A DNA stretch of 64,000 nucleotides. Origin: an uncultured Actinomycetota bacterium (GTDB taxonomy: Bacteria; Actinomycetota; Humimicrobiia; Humimicrobiales; Humimicrobiaceae). The stretch is taken from assembly GCA_964556165.1 (NCBI GenBank), contig CAZKVH010000003.1, positions 16,270 through 80,269 of the forward strand. The letters run 5' to 3'. The notes beneath the pieces were generated by a model, which saw nothing but the letters and a program-made list of their open reading frames with translations, had not been told where the DNA came from and did no database searches. The position numbers and the translations under genes were made by a program. Below, in pieces: positions 24,995-34,141 of the stretch (the stretch's first letter is position 1; each line of letters begins with the position of its first letter).

Positions 24995-27067
24995 TTGAAG
25001 CTAATTATAAGCGAAAAAGAAATAGCTGCTAAGCGTATTGCAGGAATACTTTCAGGGGATGGTATAAAAGAGGAAAAGGTATATGGAGTTCCAGTTTATA
25101 GTTTTAATATCAGAGGAGAGGACTACAGGGTAATTGGCTTAAAAGGGCATATAATGAAAGTAGATTATCCGGCGGAGTATTCAAACTGGTTTAATGTAGA
25201 CCCTGCAGAGCTTATAGATGCTAACATAGAAAAAATTCCGGTTCATAAGAAAATAATCCAGGCACTCAAAAAAGTTTCGGCTGATGCAGGCGAGATTATT
25301 ATTGCCACGGACTATGATAGAGAAGGCGAGCTTATTGGTTATGACGCAATGCAGAAGGTAAAGGAATATAATTCGCTTGTAAAGACAAAAAGAGCGAAAT
25401 TTTCGGCTATTACCCCGAGGGATATAGAAGAAGCTTTTGATAAAACGGGTAAAGTTGATTTGAACCTCGCCTTTGCAGGTAGAGCGAGACAGGACATAGA
25501 CCTTATATGGGGCGCTACGCTTACCCGTTTTATATCTCTTACTACCTATCAGATTAGAGATAAATTCCTCTCTGTAGGCAGGGTTCAAACCCCCACTCTT
25601 ACGCTTATTGTCGATAGAGAATTAGAGATAAAGTCGTTTGTACCAACTCCTTACTGGGTTGTAAGCGTCAAACTTGTTACAGGGTCGGGAGAGGAATTTG
25701 AAGCCAGCCATAAAACAAAAAGATTCTCTAAAAAAGAGGATGCACAGAATGTATTCTCAAAGCTTGGGGATACGGGAGTTGTAACGAAAGTAGATGAAAG
25801 TATTAAAGATATAAAACCTCTGGCTCCTTTTAATACAACTTCACTTATAATGAGTGGTAATTCAATTGGTTTTTCTGCTTCAAAAACTATAAGTATTGCA
25901 GAAAACCTTTATATGAATGGTTATATAAGTTATCCGAGAACTGATAATACGGTATATCCTTCCTCTATTGATCTGGCAGAAATCGTGAGGATACTAAAAG
26001 CTTCGGATGAGTTCAGTAGTATGTGTGAGAGAGTTCTTTCTCAGGATAAGATAATACCAAGCAGGGGCAAAAAAAGGACGACGGACCATCCACCAGTTCA
26101 CCCCACATCACTTGCCTCGCAAAATAGTCTGGGTAGTGACGAGTGGAAACTTTATAATTTAATTGTCAGAAGGTTTATAAGCACCCTGCTGCCGGCAGCT
26201 AAAATCAGGAATATGAGCGTGCTTATTGATATAAACGGGGAATCTTTTGTTGCCAGTGGTTCCAGTATAGTAGAAGCGAACTGGATTGAGTTTTATCCGT
26301 ATTATAAGTATAAAGATGTTTTTCTGCCACACCTGAAAGAGAATCAGTCACTTAAGGTTGCATCAAAGGATTTGCTGGATAAAGAAACGAGGCCTCCTGC
26401 AAGATATACCCAGGGTAAGCTGGTTGAAAAAATGGAAGAACTCGGTCTTGGAACTAAAGCAACACGCCATACAATTATACAGAATTTAATTCAAAGGGGT
26501 TATATTAATGGTAATCCATTACAGCCGGGCGAAAAGGCTATTGCTGTGATAAAAATGCTTAAAAAACATGCTGAAAAAATATCATCTCCGGATATGACTT
26601 CGGAACTGGAAATTTATATGGATGCCATTGTGAGTGGTGATGAGACAAAAGAGGATGTTATAAACAGGTCCAGAAGAATGTTAAAAGATGTTATGGTTAA
26701 TCTGAACAATGAGAAGGAAGAGATTTCCCGGGAGATAAAGAAAGGAATAAAAGAAGACCTGATTGTAGGTAAATGCCCCAGGGAAAATTGTGACGGGAAT
26801 CTGGTTGTAAGAGTATCAAGAAAGACAAAGAAGAGATTTATAGGCTGTACTGCTTATCCTGAATGTAAAATCACTTTCCCGCTTCCTCAGAAAGGCTTGC
26901 TAGTTACAACGAAAGAATTGTGCAAATATTGCAATTATCCCATAGTAAAAATTATAAATAAGGGAAGAAAACCCTGGAATTTGTGCATAAACCCGGATTG
27001 CCCTGGAAAAGATGAGAAATATAAAAATTACAACAATAACAGAGGAGATAAAAAAACTTCTGATTGA
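24995..27067 (+). CDS. topA: DNA topoisomerase I (type IA, archaeal-like) with C-terminal zinc ribbons
   Basis: LIISEK, ATDYDREGE, SVGRVQTP, GYISYPRTD (catalytic Tyr), LGTKATR and two C-terminal Cys clusters. Start placed at TTG 24995. Confidence 0.92.
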   Translation: MKLIISEKEIAAKRIAGILSGDGIKEEKVYGVPVYSFNIRGEDYRVIGLKGHIMKVDYPAEYSNWFNVDPAELIDANIEKIPVHKKIIQALKKVSADAGEIIIATDYDREGELIGYDAMQKVKEYNSLVKTKRAKFSAITPRDIEEAFDKTGKVDLNLAFAGRARQDIDLIWGATLTRFISLTTYQIRDKFLSVGRVQTPTLTLIVDRELEIKSFVPTPYWVVSVKLVTGSGEEFEASHKTKRFSKKEDAQNVFSKLGDTGVVTKVDESIKDIKPLAPFNTTSLIMSGNSIGFSASKTISIAENLYMNGYISYPRTDNTVYPSSIDLAEIVRILKASDEFSSMCERVLSQDKIIPSRGKKRTTDHPPVHPTSLASQNSLGSDEWKLYNLIVRRFISTLLPAAKIRNMSVLIDINGESFVASGSSIVEANWIEFYPYYKYKDVFLPHLKENQSLKVASKDLLDKETRPPARYTQGKLVEKMEELGLGTKATRHTIIQNLIQRGYINGNPLQPGEKAIAVIKMLKKHAEKISSPDMTSELEIYMDAIVSGDETKEDVINRSRRMLKDVMVNLNNEKEEISREIKKGIKEDLIVGKCPRENCDGNLVVRVSRKTKKRFIGCTAYPECKITFPLPQKGLLVTTKELCKYCNYPIVKIINKGRKPWNLCINPDCPGKDEKYKNYNNNRGDKKTSD

Positions 27068-27869
27068 GGCAAGTTTTAATCTTCCCGGCGACATTATAAG
27101 AGCCATAGAAGCTGCTTTGATAGAAGAGACCTATCCGGGTGCTAAAAACATTTTAAAGCTTATATTAGAAAACTCAGAAGTTGCCCGCGAGCAGAAGCTT
27201 CCCCTCTGTCAGGATTGCGGGCTCGTTTATATTGATATTGATATTGGCAAGGATATCCATATAGAAAAAAGTGAGGACTTAAATAAGCTAATTAACAGAG
27301 CTGTAGCTGAAACATATAATGATAATTACCTGAGAAAATCAGTTGTAGCAGACCCCCTTTATGAGAGAAAAAATACTTCCGGAAACACACCTGCAGTAAT
27401 TCATATTAACTTTACATCAGATGAAGATGTTGTTTTGAGAATTTATCTGAAGGGTGGCGGAAGCGAGAATTGTTCTTATCTTCACATGATAAACCCCTCT
27501 GCCGGTGAGGATGAAATAGTGGAGTTTGTTGTAAATGATGTCAGAGAAAATGTCACAAGATGTTGCCCACCGGTAATAATTGGAGTCGGAATTGGAGGCT
27601 CGTCTTCTGAGGTAGCCAGACTGGCAATGCTTGCAAGTTTCAGGAATTTGAATAAAAGAAATCCTGATGAAAGATATAAAAAACTTGAAGGCAGGATATT
27701 AAAGGCTGTAAATAAAACCGGAATAGGTCCACAGGGACTTGGTGGCAAAACTACTGCGCTGGCATGTAATGTAGAATATGCCCCCTGCCATATGGCAACT
27801 CTCCCGCTTGGAGTTTTTATGGGGTGTCATTCGATGCGCCGTGCAGTGTCAAAGATATCCCCGCCGTAA
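27012..27869 (+). CDS. Fe-S hydro-lyase, class I fumarate hydratase/tartrate dehydratase alpha subunit
   Basis: PLCQDCG, KGGGSEN, CCPP.IIGVGIGG, GPQGLGG and CHS.R motifs. Confidence 0.92.
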   Translation: MRNIKITTITEEIKKLLIEASFNLPGDIIRAIEAALIEETYPGAKNILKLILENSEVAREQKLPLCQDCGLVYIDIDIGKDIHIEKSEDLNKLINRAVAETYNDNYLRKSVVADPLYERKNTSGNTPAVIHINFTSDEDVVLRIYLKGGGSENCSYLHMINPSAGEDEIVEFVVNDVRENVTRCCPPVIIGVGIGGSSSEVARLAMLASFRNLNKRNPDERYKKLEGRILKAVNKTGIGPQGLGGKTTALACNVEYAPCHMATLPLGVFMGCHSMRRAVSKISPP

Positions 27870-28378
27870 ATATCGTAAGCCACAAATAAAGGCAAGTCTT
27901 TTACCTCTATTTCATAAACTGCCTCGGCTCCGAGGTCGTGATATGCGATAGCTTTTATATTTCTTACTTTTGTAGAGAGATAAGCTGAAATACCTCCTAT
28001 CATTACAAAGTAGACGGCTTTATACTTTTTTAAGAGTTCTTTTAAATCTTTACTTCTTTTACCCTTTCCTATTGTTGCTTTTAATCCCTTCTTGAGAAGA
28101 GGTTCTGTTAAACTGTCCATTCGAGAGCTAGTTGTTGGTCCAATGCTTCCGCTTTTTTTGCCGGGAGGCGTCGGCGACGGTCCAACATAAAATATAATAC
28201 TGTCTCTAAGGTCAACGGGCAATTCTTTATTTGAATTTATGGCTTCAAAGAATCTTTTGTGGGCAGCATCTCTTGCTCCCATTATTGTACCGTTTAGATA
28301 TACTATATCCCCTGCTTTTAGTTTTTTAATTTTTTCATCTGTAAGAGGCGTTGACAGTTTAAAAGAATTGCTCATCAT
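27827..28378 (-). CDS. Fe-S hydro-lyase, class I fumarate hydratase/tartrate dehydratase beta subunit
   Basis: LKAGDIVYLNG..ARDAAHKR, GPTTSSRMD, IGKG and DLGAEA motifs. Confidence 0.92.
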   Translation of the reverse strand: MMSNSFKLSTPLTDEKIKKLKAGDIVYLNGTIMGARDAAHKRFFEAINSNKELPVDLRDSIIFYVGPSPTPPGKKSGSIGPTTSSRMDSLTEPLLKKGLKATIGKGKRSKDLKELLKKYKAVYFVMIGGISAYLSTKVRNIKAIAYHDLGAEAVYEIEVKDLPLFVAYDIYGGDIFDTARRIE

Positions 28379-28409
28379 TTTTTTAAATCCTCCTTAAAAT
28401 GGCAGTTTA

Positions 28410-29270
28410 TCAGTCATAATTATCGAAATACTTGTCTCTCTTGAAGTAATTGTCATAAGTATAAAGAGGTTTTCTACTGGGGGGCTGTATTTTGTTTCTT
28501 CTTGAGCTCAGTATTATCATAACAACGATAAAGATTATAAATAGTAATATGATACCTAAAATCACAATCAGGAAATAGGTTAGAAATTTTGTTTTTTTGC
28601 CTTCAATATATATATATCTCTCATCTCCATATTTAAGATTCCATATGGCGATATTGTTTTCTCCTATTATGTCAGCATTATGTTCAGTTATTTTTACCGG
28701 AAACTTTATCTGATATGTTATGTTTAAGATGTTTGCATCTGCTTTAGCCAGGTCGGCGAGCCGATTGTAATCCGAGTTTGGTTCTGTAGAGTTTAGAAGA
28801 GTATCATCTATTTTCATATCAACATAATCTCTAAAAAAGTATTCACTGTAAAAGAAGTAATCTTTTTTCTTGAGTTCGGTATAATAACGTATTTCCTCAG
28901 GATTTTCAGAAAAATTATCTATGGATAAATGTCTTAAGAAATTTACATCTTCGAAGTTAAAACTAACTGCAAAATGAGTATAGTCACTCTCTTCATATGT
29001 TTTAATCTCTGCTTCGGGGTAATCTTTAAGTGTTTCTTTGAGTATTCCAAGCATTTTATCATAAAGAGATTCACCCTGGCTCAGGATTGTCTCACTTTTC
29101 TGGAGATATTCTGTTTTTATTGATATATCGACTGTCCTTGTTCCGGAATAATCGGGGTCTATCTCTGTAAAAATGTCAATCTGTGTCTGGTCGCATGAAC
29201 TGAGAAAAGGAATAACTAGGATAAATGTCGTAAGTATTATAAAAATTTTTAAGAAGTTTATTTTTGTCAT
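28410..29270 (-). CDS. Lipoprotein with C-terminal TM helix, LppM/DUF3153-like
   Basis: LSSC lipobox, SGTR..DI and YQIKFPVKITEHNA...WNL patterns, C-terminal hydrophobic helix and basic tail. Confidence 0.55.
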   Translation of the reverse strand: MTKINFLKIFIILTTFILVIPFLSSCDQTQIDIFTEIDPDYSGTRTVDISIKTEYLQKSETILSQGESLYDKMLGILKETLKDYPEAEIKTYEESDYTHFAVSFNFEDVNFLRHLSIDNFSENPEEIRYYTELKKKDYFFYSEYFFRDYVDMKIDDTLLNSTEPNSDYNRLADLAKADANILNITYQIKFPVKITEHNADIIGENNIAIWNLKYGDERYIYIEGKKTKFLTYFLIVILGIILLFIIFIVVMIILSSRRNKIQPPSRKPLYTYDNYFKRDKYFDNYD

Positions 29271-29549
29271 AATTGTATAATTATGTTAATAAACCATTGT
29301 AGCATATTAATAATAATATTGTATAAAAAATATGACGTGGGAAGCAACATTAAGCCCTTTTCAAGAATTGTTTTTAAGATATGGCAATAGTCTGGATGAA
29401 CCATTTTAAAAAAATGAAATTAATCTATGCAGCACGGGTCTTTTCTTAAAGTTTTAAATTTCCTATTATTAGGATATTATTTAATAAGCAGGTAATATAA
29501 AGAAAGAGGAATATAATTTAATGCCTTCTTATAATCTTATTAGTGTATT

Positions 29550-30185
29550 ATGAAAAAAGGTTTATTTATAACTTTTGAGGGACCGGACGGTTCCGGAAAA
29601 ACTACACAGATAAAACTGCTGAGCGATTATCTTGAAAAAAAGGGGTTTGATGTATTACTTACCGTAGAGCCGGGTGGTACGGAAGTTGGCCGGAAGATAC
29701 GGGATATACTGCTTACAGCGGAAAAGGTGGACATTTCTGCATGGGCTGAGACTTTTTTATTCCTTGCATCAAGAGCAGAGCTGGTATCAAAAGTGATAAA
29801 GCCGGCTTTAAGTGAGGGCAGGGTTGTAATATGCGACCGCTTCTTTGATTCAACAGTTGTTTATCAGGGTGTTGCAAGAGGGCTTGGAGAGAAAAAGATT
29901 CTGGATATGAGTCTTCTGGCCACCGGCGGGCTGGTACCTGATATAACTTTTCTACTTCTTGTAGATGTGAAAAGAGGAAAGAAGAGAATAGATAGCGCAA
30001 AAAGGGGCACGGATAGAATTGAGATGGAAGAAGATGATTTTAAAGAAAAGATTTACAGCGGTTATCTTAAAATAGCAAGAGGGAATAAAGACAGATTCGT
30101 AGTTATTGATGGTGAAAAGAGTATTGAAAATATATTTGAAGAGATAAAAAACAGGGTCTATAAATATCTTAAAGATTTAAAATGA
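29550..30185 (+). CDS. tmk: Thymidylate kinase
   Basis: FITFEGPDGSGKTTQ, EPGGT, LFLASRA and CDRFFDS motifs. Confidence 0.97.
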   Translation: MKKGLFITFEGPDGSGKTTQIKLLSDYLEKKGFDVLLTVEPGGTEVGRKIRDILLTAEKVDISAWAETFLFLASRAELVSKVIKPALSEGRVVICDRFFDSTVVYQGVARGLGEKKILDMSLLATGGLVPDITFLLLVDVKRGKKRIDSAKRGTDRIEMEEDDFKEKIYSGYLKIARGNKDRFVVIDGEKSIENIFEEIKNRVYKYLKDLK

Positions 30186-31249
30186 AAATACTGAGTGATG
30201 CCGGTTTCTTAATTGGAGACGATGTTAACCAATCAAATATAAAGTCGCTTTCAAAGATGGTGGAAAGCGATAATATTTCCCATGCATATCTTTTTTACGG
30301 GAATAGTATGGAGCTACTTCTAAAACTGGCACTGGAATTTGCTGCAGCTATTAACTGTCCCGATAATGGATGTGGCAGGTGTCTTATATGCAGAAATACG
30401 CTTAAAGGTATTTACCCCGATGTTTTGATAGTTGAGCCGGAAGGTAGCGTGCTGAGGATAGAAGAGATTAAAAAGTTACAGAGATTCATGGGGCTCAGTT
30501 CATATAATAAGGGGAAAAAGATATGCATTATAAAGGAATGTGAACTTATGAACGCGGAGGCTGCAAACAGGCTTCTAAAAACACTTGAGGACCCTCCAGA
30601 TAATGATAGTGTATTCATATTGCTCACAGAAGAGATATCAGCGATGCTTCCTACGGTTGTTTCGAGATGCCTGGTTTATAGCTGGGATTTGAGGCTCGAT
30701 GCTGATATCAGCAAGGATTCAGATTTTAAAATGATTGATAAATATTTAAATGAGGGTATTAAAAATATGTTAATTCCCCGGGAATTGCAGGATAAAAACC
30801 CTGCAGTACCTTTAAACCTTACGCTGAGACTTATCGAATTACTTAAAAAAATGGAGGCAGCTGTTAAGGCAGATCTGGAAAAAGAATTCATGGAGTTTGA
30901 TAAGAGTAATTTTGATAAAAGTGATTTTGCTAAATACATTGAAATTCTCAAATCGAAGCATAAAAGAAAAATAAGCAAATTTCACAACTTAGCTATGGGA
31001 AGGATTTTTGATATAATATCTGCCTGGCTTGAAGATATTCTTGCAGTGAAATATGGAGCAGGAGAGGAAGGTCTTAATTTTGAAAAGAATTATAACTTTA
31101 TATACAGAAATATTGAAAGTGTTAGAATAGAAGGGATTTTTGAGCTGATGGAGATAATAAAAAGAAATAAAAGTTATTCTGTTTATTCAGTTAACTCGGA
31201 ATTGGCTCTGGATAATATTTTTCTTAAGTTTCAGGGTATATTTATATAA
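30182..31249 (+). CDS. holB: DNA polymerase III delta' subunit
   Basis: HAYLF, Zn cluster C..CGRCLIC, AANRLLKTLEDPP and LPTVVSRC; follows tmk. Confidence 0.88.
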   Translation: MKILSDAGFLIGDDVNQSNIKSLSKMVESDNISHAYLFYGNSMELLLKLALEFAAAINCPDNGCGRCLICRNTLKGIYPDVLIVEPEGSVLRIEEIKKLQRFMGLSSYNKGKKICIIKECELMNAEAANRLLKTLEDPPDNDSVFILLTEEISAMLPTVVSRCLVYSWDLRLDADISKDSDFKMIDKYLNEGIKNMLIPRELQDKNPAVPLNLTLRLIELLKKMEAAVKADLEKEFMEFDKSNFDKSDFAKYIEILKSKHKRKISKFHNLAMGRIFDIISAWLEDILAVKYGAGEEGLNFEKNYNFIYRNIESVRIEGIFELMEIIKRNKSYSVYSVNSELALDNIFLKFQGIFI

Positions 31250-31260
31250 GAGGTGAGATT

Positions 31261-32133
31261 ATGGCTTTGATTGTGGGAGTAATATTTAGCAGGAATGACA
31301 TAGTACATTATTGTGACCCGACGGGGGTGGAGTTAGAAGTTGGGAATAAGATAATTTGCAATCTTGATGAAGGAGTAAAAGAGATTGGAGAGGTAGTTGT
31401 ACCCCCCGTGGATATTAACGAGGCTGATATTACCAACCCTTTAAATAAGGTGGTAAGGAAAGCAACTTATTATGATTTATCTGTTGATGAATTAAATCGT
31501 GAAAAAGAAAAAAAGGGATTTGAGAAATTCAATCAGCTTGCTGATGGATATAATCTCAAGATGAAGCTTGTAAATGTCCATGTTATGTTTGATAAAAGCA
31601 AAATGATATTCTATTTCACTTCAGAAAAAAGAGTTGATTTCAGGGAAATGGTAAAAGAGCTTGCTACTTATTTTAAAATGAGGATAGAATTGAGGCAGAT
31701 TGGTGTAAGGGACGAAGCAAAGATGGTGGGGGGACTGGGACCGTGCGGGAGAGACCTTTGCTGTAAGAGCTTTTTGACTGATTTTGAGTCCATTTCTATA
31801 AAAATGGCTAAAGATCAAAATCTTCCTTTAAATCCCTTTAAAATATCAGGTGTCTGTGGGAGGTTGATGTGCTGTCTCAAGTATGAGTATGATACATATA
31901 AGGAGTTTATCGAGAAGGCACCTGCGAGGGGAATGAAAGTAAAATCCAGCTATGGTACCGGCTGGGTATATGGATATGAACCTCTGAATCAATCCATAAT
32001 AGTAGAATTTGATAACGGGACCAGGAAGAATGTTCAGCTTTCTGAAGTAGAGGTTACAGGAGAGAGGATAGACCTGGAAAGGCATAATGATAATGGGGCT
32101 GATCCAGAAGATGCTAAAGATAGCGAGACATAA
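31261..32133 (+). CDS. ricT: PSP1-domain protein (YaaT/RicT)
   Basis: RVDFRELV-like RVDFREMVKELA, RQIGVRDEAK, GPCGRDLCC and SGVCGRLMCCLKYE motifs. Confidence 0.92.
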   Translation: MALIVGVIFSRNDIVHYCDPTGVELEVGNKIICNLDEGVKEIGEVVVPPVDINEADITNPLNKVVRKATYYDLSVDELNREKEKKGFEKFNQLADGYNLKMKLVNVHVMFDKSKMIFYFTSEKRVDFREMVKELATYFKMRIELRQIGVRDEAKMVGGLGPCGRDLCCKSFLTDFESISIKMAKDQNLPLNPFKISGVCGRLMCCLKYEYDTYKEFIEKAPARGMKVKSSYGTGWVYGYEPLNQSIIVEFDNGTRKNVQLSEVEVTGERIDLERHNDNGADPEDAKDSET

Positions 32134-32152
32134 AATATTTAAGAGTACAGTT

Positions 32153-32177
32153 AAACCCGGTCTCGAGTTGGGTTTTT
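32153..32177 (+). terminator. Possible intrinsic terminator after ricT
   Basis: AAACCCGG-tctcgag-TTGGGTTT stem (two G-U pairs) ending in a T run. Confidence 0.4.
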
Positions 32178-32186
32178 AATTTATAT

Positions 32187-32262
32187 GCCGATGTAGCTCA
32201 ACTGGTAGAGCAGCTCATTCGTAATGAGCAGGTTACCGGTTCAAGTCCGGTCGTCGGCTCCA
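32187..32262 (+). tRNA. tRNA-Thr(CGT)
   Basis: Cloverleaf with GCCGA..TCGGC acceptor stem, GCTCA-TTCGTAA-TGAGC anticodon arm, GGTTCAAGTCC T-arm and encoded CCA. Confidence 0.97.
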
Positions 32263-32318
32263 GTATAAAGAAATAAGATTAATTAATGTATTGGACTATA
32301 CGGGTGAAAGAATAACTA

Positions 32319-34019
32319 TTGATAATAAATGAATTAAAACAGGAAATTTATAAATTTCTTGAGGACCTGACCGGAAAAGAGCTTGATGCGGTACTGTGGA
32401 ACATTGCTGTTGAAGAACCTAAAAACGAAAAATTTGGCGACCTTTCGACAAATGCTGCTATGGTACTTGCACCTTTACTGAGAAAAAATCCCCTGGAAAT
32501 CGCCGGAATTCTTGAAAAAAAGCTATCCTCTGAATTTAGCGGGATTAATGATGTAAATATAGCTAAACCGGGGTTTGTTAATTTCAACTTAACTGACGGT
32601 TTTATAAAAGAATCTCTTAAAGAAATCATATCCTTAAAAGGAAACTTTGGTTTTAATCATAGCGGAAAAGGGGCAAGAGTGCACATGGAATATGTTAGCT
32701 CAAATCCTACCGGTGACCTTCATATAGGGCACGGGAGATGGGGGGCTCTGGGAGATAGCCTGGCAAATATTTATAATGCCAATGGATACGAAGTATTCAG
32801 AGAATATTATGTTAATGACTACGGCTCACAGGTAGAAAAATTTAGCGAATGTGCTGAGAGTTTGTATTTAAAGCATTTTGGAATAAACGTTTCTTATCCT
32901 GAAGATGGTTACCCGGAAGAAAACGTATCGATAGCAGTTGAAAGACTTATTAAAAAACATAATGATTCTTTTATCATTGAAAAGGATGGGGAAAAAGAAG
33001 TAGACAGAGAGACTTTTAGAAAAGAGATAATAAATATTATGGTTTCATATATATCCGGGACGCTGGGTATGATGGGGGTTGAGTATGACGGGTGGTTTCG
33101 CGAAAGCTCGCTATATGAAAATTTCAATTTTGAAGAGGTGGTTGAAGAACTTAAAAACAGAGACCTTGTTTACTACAAAGATGACGCTCTGTGGTTTAGA
33201 GCTTCACGTTTTGTAGATGATAAAGATAGAGTAATAGTAAGGAAGGGCGGAAGCCCAACTTATTTTGCTTCGGATATATTATATTTAATAAATAAAGTAA
33301 AAAGGGGTTATGATAGGATTTTATATATTCTGGGTGCGGATCACCACGGTTATGTAGACAGGCTGAAAGCAATTGGGAAAGCACTCGGAATTACAGAGGA
33401 TAAAATCGTAGTTATTATAGGACAGCTGGTAAAAATATTTGATGGCGGGAAGTCTCTAAAGATGTCAAGAAGGAAGGGCAGGATTTATACTTTAAGGGAT
33501 CTGGTTGAAGAGGTTGGCAAAGATGCGGTGAGGTACTTTTTTAGCATGGGTTCTTTTGATTCTCCTCTGGATTTCGACATATCACTTGCAAAACAGAAAT
33601 CAAATCAAAACCCGGTCTTTTATGTTCAATATGCACATGCGAGGGTGGAGAGCATAATAAAAAAAATAAAGGAGGCTAACCTTATAGATTTCGATTCAGG
33701 GGATTTTTCTATTGATAAGATAGATATATCAAAACTGAGGTTTAAAGATAAGAGTGAAAGAAAGCTGGCAAAAATAATGATTTTGTACCCTGACACAGTT
33801 TATTCAAGCTGCAGGAACAATTCTCCACATTTTGTCACCCAGTATTTATACAGGCTGGCTGCCGAATTCCATTATTTTTACAATAACTATAGAGTGATTA
33901 ATGAGAGCAAGAGTGGAATTACGGTTGATTCGGATAGATTTATTTTAATTTTACTGTTCAAGCAGGTACTTGAGAATGCTCTTAAGTTGCTTGAAGTCGA
34001 TGCGCCGGAGGAAATGTAG
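32319..34019 (+). CDS. argS: Arginine-tRNA ligase
   Basis: FGDLSTN, EYVSSNPTGDLHIGH, GADHHGY, KMSRRKG and YVQYAHAR motifs. Confidence 0.97.
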   Translation: MIINELKQEIYKFLEDLTGKELDAVLWNIAVEEPKNEKFGDLSTNAAMVLAPLLRKNPLEIAGILEKKLSSEFSGINDVNIAKPGFVNFNLTDGFIKESLKEIISLKGNFGFNHSGKGARVHMEYVSSNPTGDLHIGHGRWGALGDSLANIYNANGYEVFREYYVNDYGSQVEKFSECAESLYLKHFGINVSYPEDGYPEENVSIAVERLIKKHNDSFIIEKDGEKEVDRETFRKEIINIMVSYISGTLGMMGVEYDGWFRESSLYENFNFEEVVEELKNRDLVYYKDDALWFRASRFVDDKDRVIVRKGGSPTYFASDILYLINKVKRGYDRILYILGADHHGYVDRLKAIGKALGITEDKIVVIIGQLVKIFDGGKSLKMSRRKGRIYTLRDLVEEVGKDAVRYFFSMGSFDSPLDFDISLAKQKSNQNPVFYVQYAHARVESIIKKIKEANLIDFDSGDFSIDKIDISKLRFKDKSERKLAKIMILYPDTVYSSCRNNSPHFVTQYLYRLAAEFHYFYNNYRVINESKSGITVDSDRFILILLFKQVLENALKLLEVDAPEEM

Positions 34020-34141
34020 GATAAAAATAAATCTTGATTAATGTTTGATTAAATAATTTAATTAGATTTATGCATTAGAGGAAACCAGTATTATATTCAG
34101 GTCAATTTGTATTGCCAAACGGAAATAAGAGGAGCAGTTAG

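Noticed and set aside
29332-29409. 25-aa ORF MTWEATLSPFQELFLRYGNSLDEPF upstream of tmk
   Set aside because: No RBS and no recognisable similarity. It could be a remnant but cannot be supported.
30182-31249. Degenerate Walker A in the clamp-loader subunit
   Set aside because: This is expected for delta', which does not bind ATP.
32187-32320. tRNA-Thr as an integration site for an island
   Set aside because: No integrase, no duplicated tRNA 3' end in the window, and argS follows directly.
34020-34141. Lysine riboswitch or T-box ahead of lysA; TTGATTA direct repeats at 34034 and 34045
   Set aside because: The gap is only about 120 nt and AT-rich, too short for either element. The heptamer repeats are expected by chance at this composition.
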